32,533 bases of DNA from the NCBI GenBank assembly GCA_044351455.1, contig JBILFS010000001.1, forward strand, positions 1 through 32,533, written 5' to 3'. Of this stretch, positions 18,995 through 28,378 are shown one piece after another. This DNA is from Paludibacter sp. (GTDB taxonomy: Bacteria > Bacteroidota > Bacteroidia > Bacteroidales > Paludibacteraceae). The notes under the pieces are model-generated. The model was not told the origin of the DNA and ran no database searches. It saw only the letters and a list, made by a program, of their open reading frames with translations. Numbering within the stretch: the stretch's first letter is position 1; each line of letters opens with the position of its first letter. The position numbers and the translations under genes were made by a program.

Positions 18995-19890
18995 GAAATA
19001 AAAACTACGCTCCCCCAAAATCAAACACGAAACTGACTGTCAAATCGGAATCTGATTTAATGACTTTTCTGCTTGATCACATGGGTGGCATGAAAAGAAA
19101 TTCTGTAAAATCTTTACTTGCACACCGACAGGTAAGCGTAAACAGTCAGGTTATTACACTCTACAATCAACCCTTAAAAATTGGTGATCGTGTGGAGATA
19201 TCCGGACAAACCGGCACAACAGAATTGACCCACAGCAAACTAAGAATAATCTTTGAAGATAAAAATATTGTTGTGGTTGATAAGAAGGAAGGCTTATTGA
19301 CTGTTAGTACAGGCAGGGGTGATGAAACAACTGTATTTTCAATCCTGAAAACTCATATCCGCAGAAATGCTCCTCAAAACAGGATTTATGTAGTTCATCG
19401 GCTCGACAGAGACACTTCCGGTGTTTTGATATTTGCAAAAGATAAAGAAACGCAGGAAATTCTGCAATCGAATTGGAAAGACATCGTTACTAAGAGGTTG
19501 TATGTGGCACTGGTGGAAGGTCGTGTTGAAAAGGAAAAAGATTCTATTACAAGTTGGTTGACTGAACATCCGAAATCTTTAAAGATCCGTTCAAGCAATG
19601 TTGATAATGGTGGTCAGAGAGCTACAACCAATATAAGAAGAATCAAAGCCGGAGATCAATATTCGCTTTTGGAACTTGACCTTGACACAGGAAGGAAAAA
19701 TCAAATCAGGGTTCATTTACAGGATATTGGACATCCTGTTGCCGGAGATCAAAAGTATGGAGCGCAAACCAATCCTTGTGGCAGAATGGCCCTGCATGCA
19801 CGATTGATAGAATTTTACCATCCGGCTACTAACAAAAAAGTAAAATTTGAATCACCGGTTCCGAAAACTTTCACGAAATTTGTAAAATAA
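18991..19890 (+). CDS. RluA family pseudouridine synthase with S4-like N-domain
   Basis: VHRLDRDTSG, TGRKNQIRVH and GHPVAGDQKYG. The ATG overlaps the kinase stop (ATGA). Confidence 0.93.
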   Translation: MRNKNYAPPKSNTKLTVKSESDLMTFLLDHMGGMKRNSVKSLLAHRQVSVNSQVITLYNQPLKIGDRVEISGQTGTTELTHSKLRIIFEDKNIVVVDKKEGLLTVSTGRGDETTVFSILKTHIRRNAPQNRIYVVHRLDRDTSGVLIFAKDKETQEILQSNWKDIVTKRLYVALVEGRVEKEKDSITSWLTEHPKSLKIRSSNVDNGGQRATTNIRRIKAGDQYSLLELDLDTGRKNQIRVHLQDIGHPVAGDQKYGAQTNPCGRMALHARLIEFYHPATNKKVKFESPVPKTFTKFVK

Positions 19891-19913
19891 TTCCCGAAAC
19901 CGGCAAATCCTTA

Positions 19914-21021
19914 TCAGCCTTCAAACTCCATCAGGTATGCTTTGATGAATGCGTCAATATCGCCATCCATCACAGCATTCACGTTGGATGTTTGAAAATT
20001 GGTTCTGTGGTCTTTGACTCTTCTGTCGTCGAACACATAACTTCTTATCTGAGAGCCCCATTCAATTTTCCTTTTTCCGGCTTCCACTTTGGCAGTTTCG
20101 GCACGCCGTTTCTCAAGTTCGAGTTCGTACAATTGCGATTTAAGCAATCGGAGGGCATTGTCTTTGTTGCCAAATTGCGAACGGCTTTCCGTATTTTCTA
20201 TGATAATTTCGTCGGGAGCATTGGTTACAGGATTGGTGAATTTATAATGCAGACGAACACCTGTTTCCACTTTATTTACATTCTGACCACCGGCACCGCC
20301 CGAACGGAAAGTATCCCAGCTTAAACTACCGGGATTAATTTCGATATCGATGGTATCATCGACCAAAGGAACCACAAAAACAGAGGTAAAGGAAGTCATG
20401 CGTTTACCCTGTGCATTGAATGGCGAAACACGCACCAACCGGTGCACACCATTCTCCGATTTCAGATAACCATAAGCCATTTCACCTTCAATCTGCATGG
20501 TAACTGTTTTAACACCAGCCTCATCACCATCCTGATAATTCGTAATTTCGCATTTATAACTCTGTCTTTCTGCCCAGCGTTGATACATCCTGAAAAGCAT
20601 TTGTGCCCAATCCTGAGCCTCGGTACCACCGGCACCAGCCACAATTTTTATCACGGCGCCTAACTTATCCTCTTCTTTGGAAAGCATATTCTTCATCTCC
20701 AAAGTTTCCACAAGTTCCATTGAATGCTGATAAGCCAGATCGACCTCTTCCTCTGTAACCGCTTCTTCTTTATAAAAATCGAAAGCCAGTTGCAATTCTT
20801 CCAGAGAAGCCCTGATAGCCTGATAGCCTTCCACCCACTTTTTCAGTTCCTTCACCTTCTTCATCTGGACTTCAGCCGCTTTGGCATCATCCCAGAAACC
20901 GGGTGCCTGCGTACGAATTTCTTCTTCTTCTATTTGTATTAATTTAGTATCGACGTCAAAGATACCTCCTCAGCGCGTCCCCGCGCTCCAACACGTCTTT
21001 GAGTTGGTCTGCTGTAATCAT
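19914..21021 (-). CDS. prfB: Peptide chain release factor 2, translated via a +1 programmed ribosomal frameshift (about 368 aa)
   Basis: SPF and GGQ motifs. The 21-codon first frame MITADQLKDVLERGDALRRYL ends in CTT TGA, and the +1 frame (DVDTKLIQIEEEEIRTQAPGFWDD) is in frame with ORF 19914-20864. Confidence 0.97.
20955..20970 (-). promoter_or_regulatory. prfB frameshift cassette AGGAGG-TAT-CTT-TGA-C
   Basis: Internal Shine-Dalgarno sequence 3 nt before the slippery CTT TGA C. Confidence 0.97.
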
Positions 21022-21057
21022 TTAATTTAATTTATTTAGTTAAACATAATATAATAT

Positions 21058-21206
21058 TTGAACCACATAAGTCACATAAGTCACATAAGTTTTTTTTGTA
21101 ATAATATAACCTGAATGATAGTTAATTAATTCCTGACATTTATATATTGATGTGATTCCGATAGCGGAATATTACTTATGTTACTTATGTGACTAATGTG
21201 GTTAAA
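21058..21206. repeat. Dispersed inverted-repeat element, copy 1 (MITE/REPIN-like)
   Basis: TTGAAC(CACATAAGT)x3, an 83 bp spacer, then ACTTATGTT ACTTATGTG ACTAATGTG GTTAAA; arms 30/33 complementary. Confidence 0.9.
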
Positions 21207-21211
21207 TGTAT

Positions 21212-21850
21212 TCACCCAATTTCCGGGAATTTAATAATCTGTTCCGACACCAGAATTCCTGCAATAAATACAGTCAGGAAACCCACCGTAAATCCGGCCA
21301 GTGTTTGTCCCGGCGTATGTGCTTTCAGTTCTATCCTCGAAAAAGCGGTGAGTGCCGAAATAAAAAGCATGGCAATCATGGCAAAAACCGGATTTACCCC
21401 CATGATGAAGCTATAAGCAAAAACACCACCGGTTAAACCGCCCACGCCCGACAAATGCGCACTGATTTTCCATTTCAGATTGATAATGGTAATAATTATT
21501 ATCGATAAGATGGACCCTATACCCATGGCAACAAAGAAATGCGGCAAATGCAGGATTCTCCATAAAAAGATGGTCCAGAACACATACGCAATGATTGAAA
21601 ACATATATGGGAAAGTACGTTGTTCCTTTTTAGAGATGTACAAATCCTTGATCTGACCATTTTTCAGCATCAGCAAAATCGGCATGGCCGGCAACAGCGC
21701 AGTAAAAAGGAAAGTGCCGCCAATCGCAAACCATTTCCAAACCGGCATAAAGAAATTTGCCAAATCTGTAAAAAGAAAAACGATGATTCCATAAGTTGGC
21801 ATCAACAGCGGTTGAAAAACGAAAGAAACTGCTTTATGAAATTTTTTCAT
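21212..21850 (-). CDS. Multi-pass membrane protein (PAP2-superfamily-like, commonly downstream of rpoN in Bacteroidales)
   Basis: Several hydrophobic segments; WKISAH and SRIELKAHTPGQ motifs. The ATG at 21850 is preferred. Confidence 0.8.
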   Translation of the reverse strand: MKKFHKAVSFVFQPLLMPTYGIIVFLFTDLANFFMPVWKWFAIGGTFLFTALLPAMPILLMLKNGQIKDLYISKKEQRTFPYMFSIIAYVFWTIFLWRILHLPHFFVAMGIGSILSIIIITIINLKWKISAHLSGVGGLTGGVFAYSFIMGVNPVFAMIAMLFISALTAFSRIELKAHTPGQTLAGFTVGFLTVFIAGILVSEQIIKFPEIG

Positions 21851-21863
21851 ATTATACTTATTA

Positions 21864-23309
21864 TTACAACTCCTTCCGGAGGCGGGCAACCGGAATATTC
21901 AGCTGTTCCCTGTATTTGGCCACCGTACGGCGGGCGATATTATAACCTTTGGTTTTTAACACATCAGCAAGCGCATCATCATTCAAAGGCTTTCTTTTAT
22001 TCTCACTTTCAATGCAATCCTGCAATATCTTTTTTATTTCTCTTGTTGACACCTCTTCTCCCGAATCATTAGTCATCGATTCGGAAAAGAAATATTTCAC
22101 CGCATACACCCCGAATTCGGTCTGAATATATTTACTATTACTAACCCTGGAAATCGTTGAAATATCATAGCCGGTAATATCCGCAATATCTTTCAGAATC
22201 ATCGGTCGGAGGAAAGTATCATCCCCTTCAATAAAAAACTTATACTGAAACCCCACAATCGCCTTCATGGTAGTCAGCAGCGTATGATGTCTTTGTTTGA
22301 TGGCATCGATAAACCAACGCGCAGCATCAATCTTTTGTTTTGCAAAAGTTACAGCATCCTTCATTGCATTGGTTTTCTCCCCTTTTCTTTCAGAATATGT
22401 CTGAAATAATTCGTTATAAGTATTGCTCACCCGCAATTCCGGAACATTTGAATTATTCAGGTGAACAATCAGTTTTCCCTCATCATTTTCCAGATAGAAA
22501 TCGGGAATCACCACCGACATTGATTTTTCAAGCAGGTTGCCACCCCAGGCATTACCGGGTTTAGGATTCAATCTGGAAATTTCCGTAATAGCATCCTTCA
22601 GTTGATCGTCAGTCAAACTCAGGTTTTTTTTGATACGATCGTAATGTTTTTTGATAAACTCATCAAAATAATCTTCGATGATGCAAAGCGCACTACTCAC
22701 TTCCGGTCGATAAATCTTCCTCTCGAGCTGCAATTTAAGGCATTCCTGCAAATCAGTAGCAGCTACTCCGGCAGGTTCAAATTCCTGAATGAGTGCAACC
22801 ATTTTTTGCATTTCATCATCCGTAGTATTGACTCCGGCATTAAAAACGATATCATCCACCATCGATTCAACCGTACGACGCAAATAACCATCTTCATCAA
22901 TATTGCCAATTACATACTCGGCTAATTGTCGCTCTTTTTCCGAAATATTCTGTAACCCAAGTTGTTCAACTAAATGTTCATGAAAAGTAGTTCCGATTGA
23001 AAACGGAATATCCTCTTTTTTATCATCCGGAGAATTATTATTTACTTTCAGTTTATAATCAGGAATATCGTCATCCATCATATACTCATCCAGATCCATA
23101 TCATCGTTGTTTCCACCATCATCATTTAAATCATCCGAATCAGCTTCATCATTTTTATCTGCACCCTCTTCAAGTGCAGGGTTTTCCTCCAGCTCCTGTC
23201 TGATTCTTTCTTCCAGTTCAAGTGTAGGCACCTCAAGCATCTTTATCACCTGAATTTGAGCAGGTGACAATTTCTGTTGTAGTTTTTGTTCTAAAGATTG
23301 CCTTAACAT
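21864..23309 (-). CDS. rpoN: RNA polymerase sigma-54 factor
   Basis: Q/L-rich region I, HTH DISTISRV and RpoN box ARRTVAKYRE. Confidence 0.97.
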   Translation of the reverse strand: MLRQSLEQKLQQKLSPAQIQVIKMLEVPTLELEERIRQELEENPALEEGADKNDEADSDDLNDDGGNNDDMDLDEYMMDDDIPDYKLKVNNNSPDDKKEDIPFSIGTTFHEHLVEQLGLQNISEKERQLAEYVIGNIDEDGYLRRTVESMVDDIVFNAGVNTTDDEMQKMVALIQEFEPAGVAATDLQECLKLQLERKIYRPEVSSALCIIEDYFDEFIKKHYDRIKKNLSLTDDQLKDAITEISRLNPKPGNAWGGNLLEKSMSVVIPDFYLENDEGKLIVHLNNSNVPELRVSNTYNELFQTYSERKGEKTNAMKDAVTFAKQKIDAARWFIDAIKQRHHTLLTTMKAIVGFQYKFFIEGDDTFLRPMILKDIADITGYDISTISRVSNSKYIQTEFGVYAVKYFFSESMTNDSGEEVSTREIKKILQDCIESENKRKPLNDDALADVLKTKGYNIARRTVAKYREQLNIPVARLRKEL

Positions 23310-23339
23310 GAATAATTTATATAAACCGGTTTACAGGTG

Positions 23340-23347
23340 CAAAGTTA
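23340..23347 (-). promoter_or_regulatory. -7 element (TAACTTTG) for rpoN
   Basis: TAnnTTTGC 30 bp upstream of the ATG. Confidence 0.65.
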
Positions 23348-23387
23348 ATTAAATTAGCTAAAATTACCGAACACTTAGCAACATATC

Positions 23388-24239
23388 TCATTTTAATTTT
23401 TTCTTTTTTATTGATAATCCGATATCGATGCGACCCAGGAACAACCCGCTTTTGGCCATTTGAGCAATGATTACCGGCTTTCCATCCATATTCAGAGTTT
23501 TTACATTTTCGAGCATCGAATGCGAATGTCCTCCGATAATAACATCGATATTCCGGGTTTGTTTGGCCAAACTAAAATCATTGAGTTTTACTTCTGTGGA
23601 ATCTGAACCAAGATGCGACATGCAAATCACCACATCACATTTCTTTTTATTTTTAAGAATACCGGCCATTTCCTGTGCCTTTGACACAGGCTCCAGATAT
23701 TTTACACCTTTGTAATTCCGTTCCATGATCAATCCCTCAGGATTCACACCCAGGCCAAATATTCCGATTTTAATATCCCCTTTACGGATGATATGATATG
23801 GTTTTATCAATCCATGAATGACCGATTCTTTCACATCATAATTAGACACCACAACAGGAAATTCAGCCATTTTCAGCAACATGGCTAAAGAGTCGATGCC
23901 ATTGTCAAATTCATGATTTCCAAGATTAACAGCATCGTACTTCATCAGATTATAACCATTAATTTCGACCCTGCCACCATAAAAATTGTAGTAGGGAGTA
24001 CCTTGTGAAAAATCACCGGCATCAATCAAAACCACATTGGGCTCCTGATTTCTGATTTGTGTGATAAGTTCATAACGCCGTGCATAACCACCCATTTCAG
24101 GATTTCTGGCTGCGTTTTTCTCTGTAGGTTCAATCTGACTATGCGTGTCGTTGGTATGCAAAATAACAATTTTGTTGTTTTGCCCTGATAACGAAAGCAG
24201 TGTCAGTAGAAAAAACGAAAGCAATATAATTCTTGTCAT
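23388..24239 (-). CDS. 5'-nucleotidase, metallophosphoesterase (N-terminal domain) subunit
   Basis: LHTNDTHS, DAGDFSQG, GNHEFD, SHLG and GGHSH. Confidence 0.93.
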   Translation of the reverse strand: MTRIILLSFFLLTLLSLSGQNNKIVILHTNDTHSQIEPTEKNAARNPEMGGYARRYELITQIRNQEPNVVLIDAGDFSQGTPYYNFYGGRVEINGYNLMKYDAVNLGNHEFDNGIDSLAMLLKMAEFPVVVSNYDVKESVIHGLIKPYHIIRKGDIKIGIFGLGVNPEGLIMERNYKGVKYLEPVSKAQEMAGILKNKKKCDVVICMSHLGSDSTEVKLNDFSLAKQTRNIDVIIGGHSHSMLENVKTLNMDGKPVIIAQMAKSGLFLGRIDIGLSIKKKKLK

Positions 24240-24243
24240 AATA

Positions 24244-24987
24244 TTATTTTTGTGTTATTCTGCCATCAATTTTTGATTCCACCTTTTTACCTTCAGACGT
24301 AGCCTTTTTGATATAAAATGTTAACATATCTCTCACTTTGATACCTGTTTGAACAGCAGATTCTTGTAACCTGAGTTCAGGCATATTATCATTACCTTCT
24401 GAAAGATAATTATTGGTAGCAATAAAATAAACTTTTTCAGGATTAAGTTTTTCCCCTCCGATGTTGATATCAACTGCTTTTCCGTTGTAAATGATAAAAT
24501 TCATCCCTGAAATACCTTCACCTCCTGCTAAAGCCATGCGATGAAAAAGCGGAATCAAATTACTCCCTTTAACACCAATTATCACAAGTTCATTCTCAAA
24601 AGGCATCAGTTCATACATTTTCCGGATGGTTACATTGCCGGCAGGTATGGTTGTTCTGAGTCCCCCCAGATTTACAATAGCAATATCAACCGGTTTTTTC
24701 AGGAAATCTGTTGCTGTTTCCCTGTAAATATCCGCACAATAATTCGAAAGCAAACTTTCAGGTGCATGTCCCCGCATTGTAGCAGGTGCATATCCTATTA
24801 CCTCATTCATCGTTACGTCGAGGGCAGATTTATATGGTTGAATCATATTCACAACAGGATTATCCTGTTGGACAGACACAGAATTATCAACCGGAATTCT
24901 TATACCCTTCATTCCTGTAATGGAATAATGAATTCCCGAACAGGAAATCAGAAAGAGTAACACAGAAAATGTCAGTATTTTATTCAT
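24244..24987 (-). CDS. 5'-nucleotidase C-terminal domain lipoprotein subunit
   Basis: Lipobox LISC, NLGGLR, LMPFENEL and ATNNYLSEGND; split UshA architecture typical of Bacteroidetes. Confidence 0.9.
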   Translation of the reverse strand: MNKILTFSVLLFLISCSGIHYSITGMKGIRIPVDNSVSVQQDNPVVNMIQPYKSALDVTMNEVIGYAPATMRGHAPESLLSNYCADIYRETATDFLKKPVDIAIVNLGGLRTTIPAGNVTIRKMYELMPFENELVIIGVKGSNLIPLFHRMALAGGEGISGMNFIIYNGKAVDINIGGEKLNPEKVYFIATNNYLSEGNDNMPELRLQESAVQTGIKVRDMLTFYIKKATSEGKKVESKIDGRITQK

Positions 24988-25171
24988 TGTAAATAAATTA
25001 TTAAAATTGCATCATGCACTTATGCGAAAATACAAAAATAATTGAATATGCCAATGATTGATTGATTACATTCAAAAATAATTTACGTCTGCATAATACA
25101 TTTGCTATAATTTTTTGTTATTTAATTGATTTTAACATAGATTGAAATTAATAACCATGACAACAAATGAC

Positions 25172-25179
25172 TATATTTG
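25172..25179 (+). promoter_or_regulatory. -7 element (TATATTTG) for the FISUMP-CotH gene
   Basis: TAnnTTTGC 50 bp upstream of the TTG start. Confidence 0.55.
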
Positions 25180-25229
25180 CGGTGGAAAAATGATTACATA
25201 AATAAATCATTTCAAAAAATAAAAAAACT

Positions 25230-27725
25230 TTGAAATCAACATACTCATTTATAATTATTCTGATATCGCTGAATATATTTCACATCTATGCCACTGAATA
25301 TCAAATTAGTTTCATAGGAAGTGGAGCAGCCGTAACAATTGACAGTATTCAGGTTACCAACCTCAGAAGCGGTCAGCATATTACATTGACAAACAATCAG
25401 TCTCTTCTATTAAGAAGTGATGAAAGTGGCTTTCCCAGCCTTCCTGAGACCAATAATAATTTGCTCATCCATCCAAATCCCTGTTATGGAAAGGCGACGA
25501 TGAGTTTTCAGAATGCCAAAAAAGGCACCTGCCTTGCATCTGTGTATAATATCGATGGAAGGTTGCTAAACGCTTATGTATTTCAGGCTGAGACAGGTAC
25601 ACATCAACTGGAACTTAATCTCCCTCAGGGTATATTCTTTGTAAAAATTTCAGGCAATGGACTGTTGCTTAGATCAAAAATCATCAGCACAAACACCGGA
25701 AATATTGTTAGCGAATTGAAATATGTTGGATTTGAGGCACGAGAGAAGGCGAAGGAACAGGTACAGGCACAGGCACAGGAGCAGGACATGTTTTTTCTAT
25801 CTGGCGACAGGTTTCTCTACAAGGTTTATTCTGGTCATTTTTGCACAATACTTCCCCACAAACCGGTTGCTTCGGAAGATATCAACATCGATTTTTATGC
25901 TTGTACCGATGCTTCAGGAAATCATTATCCGGTTTTAATATTGGGCAATCAGGTATGGATGGCTGAAAATCTGAAAACGACACATTTCAGAAATAACGAC
26001 ATCATATCCAGCATAAACACAAATGTCGGATGGAAAAGTAACTTGTTACCAGCATGGTGTAGTTATAACAATCTTGATAATGCTCAGACAGGCTTACTCT
26101 ACAACTGGCAGGCAGTAAACGACAACAGAATCATTGCACCTGAAGGTTGGCATGTACCAACCAATGATGCCTGGTCAGAATTAAACAATTTTCTGACTAA
26201 CAACCAATTAACATTTGACGAAAATTCTGGTTTTATAAATCTGAAAAGCGGTTACCGTAATGACACAGGAGTTTTTGAGCAATCCGGGAATATGTCAGTC
26301 TTTTGGACAGCTAACTCTACTGATGGCAGCAACAGTTATAGCAGAAACATAAATGCCGGAAACAACTTGCTTTCCGCAGAAAAAAAACTTCATTCTAATG
26401 GATTCTCTGTTCGATGTATCCGGCCAGTTTATACAGCAACGCAGGCTTCGTTCAAAACATTTGACATCAATAGATTACCTGAAATAATGCTGGAAGTGTC
26501 CCCTGATGAGTGGAATAAAATACTGACATATTACGACATGAATCCTCATAATGAAGAAAAAGTATTGGTTAGTTTTACATTCAAAGATGATGGTTTGATT
26601 ACAGTTTTGAAACAAACCGGATTAAAATTACGTGGTAATACCAGCCGACGTCGCCCGGAAGGGAGTAAAAATATTCTGCACAGTAGCTCAAATCCGGACT
26701 GGCATCATGCAAGTTTTTCGGTTGATATGAATGAATTTGTGAGCGGACAAAAATTTGCCGGTTTGAAGAAGTTAAATCTGAAGTGGTTTAAGGACGACTC
26801 TATGTATGCTCGGGAAGTATATTGCTACGATTTATTCAAACGATTTGGCGTATGGACAGCCCCGGAATCTTCCTATTGTAAGTTTTATATTTACATCACT
26901 GGTGACCCGAAACCTGCTTATTTTGGGATTTACGAAATGCTTGAATCAATTGACAGTGATTATCTGAAAAAAAGAAAAAATCAGTTTGGAGACGACAATG
27001 GATTTCTATGGAAAGCTTTCTGGGGAGCGGATTTCAAAACGGCGGATGCTTCCAAAATGGGTATTGAACTTGTAACACTAACGAGCACCTACAAACCTGT
27101 TTATGATTTAAAAAACAGGGAATTGGAACTTCAAACAGCCAAAACACAATTATTGCAATTCATTACCGACCTGAATCAGAAAACCGGCACCGACTTCGAA
27201 ACCTGGATTGAATCAAAAACCGATGTTCCGTTATTTCTCAAAACATACGCAGTGAATGTTATGTGCGGGATGTGGGACGATTACTGGGCTAACAAAAACA
27301 ATTTTTATTTCTATTTTAATTCCTCCGGAAAGTTCTTTTTCATCCCCTATGATTATGATAATACCCTGGGCACATCTTATATCATGAGTAATTCAGGCAC
27401 ACAAAATCTGCTAAAATGGGGCAATAGCTCCCATCCACTTATAGAAAAAATCATTGCCATACCCAAATATAAAAGCATGTATATCAATTACTTGCACGAA
27501 TTATGCAATCCTCAGTCAGACCTATTCTATGTTTCCAAAAGCAAAGTACGGATACTAAACTGGCACAATCTCATCAGGGCATATATCAGCAATGAAACCG
27601 GAGAAGATATGGAAATTGTCGATCGACCTGCCTCGTGGGGAAATTGTAGTTTTTACCGACTTATGGAAGACCAAAATAATTATTTTCAGATTAGAGCAAA
27701 TAATTTGCCTGCAAAAATTAATTAA
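25230..27725 (+). CDS. Secreted fusion protein: T9SS-CTD-like domain + Fibrobacter succinogenes major (FISUMP) domain + CotH kinase domain
   Basis: Signal peptide; IHPNP...VYNIDGR...LPQGIFFVKI; GNQVWMAENLK, GLLYNW, PEGWHVP and GFSVRCI; LRGNTSR, DDYWANKNNFY and IPYDYDNTLG. Confidence 0.85.
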   Translation: MKSTYSFIIILISLNIFHIYATEYQISFIGSGAAVTIDSIQVTNLRSGQHITLTNNQSLLLRSDESGFPSLPETNNNLLIHPNPCYGKATMSFQNAKKGTCLASVYNIDGRLLNAYVFQAETGTHQLELNLPQGIFFVKISGNGLLLRSKIISTNTGNIVSELKYVGFEAREKAKEQVQAQAQEQDMFFLSGDRFLYKVYSGHFCTILPHKPVASEDINIDFYACTDASGNHYPVLILGNQVWMAENLKTTHFRNNDIISSINTNVGWKSNLLPAWCSYNNLDNAQTGLLYNWQAVNDNRIIAPEGWHVPTNDAWSELNNFLTNNQLTFDENSGFINLKSGYRNDTGVFEQSGNMSVFWTANSTDGSNSYSRNINAGNNLLSAEKKLHSNGFSVRCIRPVYTATQASFKTFDINRLPEIMLEVSPDEWNKILTYYDMNPHNEEKVLVSFTFKDDGLITVLKQTGLKLRGNTSRRRPEGSKNILHSSSNPDWHHASFSVDMNEFVSGQKFAGLKKLNLKWFKDDSMYAREVYCYDLFKRFGVWTAPESSYCKFYIYITGDPKPAYFGIYEMLESIDSDYLKKRKNQFGDDNGFLWKAFWGADFKTADASKMGIELVTLTSTYKPVYDLKNRELELQTAKTQLLQFITDLNQKTGTDFETWIESKTDVPLFLKTYAVNVMCGMWDDYWANKNNFYFYFNSSGKFFFIPYDYDNTLGTSYIMSNSGTQNLLKWGNSSHPLIEKIIAIPKYKSMYINYLHELCNPQSDLFYVSKSKVRILNWHNLIRAYISNETGEDMEIVDRPASWGNCSFYRLMEDQNNYFQIRANNLPAKIN

Positions 27726-27938
27726 TCAATCTTAAATCACAACTTCACCTCCACATATTTCACACTTTGCCTTCTTCAGTTATATACCGCATGAATGCGT
27801 CAGTCTCTTCCCTGAATGATTACTAAAAAAAACGATGTATCTTTGCATGTCTGTGTAATTATATGATTAAAGACGTAAAAATTGTGTTTTTGTAATTATT
27901 TAAACATTATTAATCTCGAATGGTTATAAAATAACATT

Positions 27939-27946
27939 TATCTTTG
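27939..27946 (+). promoter_or_regulatory. -7 element (TATCTTTG) for ybaN-maeB; a second match lies at 27838-27845
   Basis: TAnnTTTG 16 bp upstream of the ATG. Confidence 0.5.
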
Positions 27947-27962
27947 AAGAAAATTTGAACAA

Positions 27963-28358
27963 ATGCAATTATTAAAAATTTTATGGGTGATTCTGGGTAC
28001 CATATCCCTGGTTATAGGCCTGATCGGCATTGTAATTCCGGGATTACCCACCACCCCGTTTTTACTTTTAACAGCAGCACTTTACATCAGAAGTTCAGAA
28101 AAATTATACAAAGCACTCATCTCAAACAAACATCTCGGAAAATACATCCTGGATTTCAGGGAAGGGAAAGGACTTCCGCTGAAGACCAAAATCATTTCCC
28201 TGATCATGATGTGGACCATGATTACCCTGTCCTGTTCCTTTTTTATTGATATCCTCTGGTTAAGATTAGGCATCATCATACTGGGAATCATTGGTTCAGT
28301 AGTCATGTTTTTCATTTTACCAACGTCAGAAAATAAATCGGAAGATAATCATCAGTAA
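27963..28358 (+). CDS. ybaN: YbaN/DUF454 family inner membrane protein
   Basis: GIVIPGLPTTPFLLL...RSS motif. Confidence 0.88.
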   Translation: MQLLKILWVILGTISLVIGLIGIVIPGLPTTPFLLLTAALYIRSSEKLYKALISNKHLGKYILDFREGKGLPLKTKIISLIMMWTMITLSCSFFIDILWLRLGIIILGIIGSVVMFFILPTSENKSEDNHQ

Positions 28359-28378
28359 TCGTTTAATAACATCCAGAT

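Noticed and set aside
21058-21206. Repeat element as a CRISPR array
   Set aside because: The arms are inverted rather than direct repeats, there are only two per locus, the spacers are 83-110 bp, and no cas genes are present.
21189-21436. Short plus-strand ORFs starting in the arm of copy 1
   Set aside because: They are antisense to a conserved membrane-protein gene and have no recognisable motifs.
23388-24987. Split 5'-nucleotidase as a pseudogene
   Set aside because: Both halves have their own signal peptides, and the C-domain-then-N-domain two-gene layout is normal in Bacteroidetes.
26290-26425. FISUMP C-terminal segment as a DGR variable region
   Set aside because: I noticed no second near-identical template copy and there is no reverse transcriptase in the window. 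The domain is also internal rather than C-terminal. A remote DGR cannot be excluded without a genome search.
27726-27962. Intergenic region as a riboswitch or sRNA
   Set aside because: Only very short hairpins such as GCAT-GA-ATGC are present, and I recognise no aptamer consensus.
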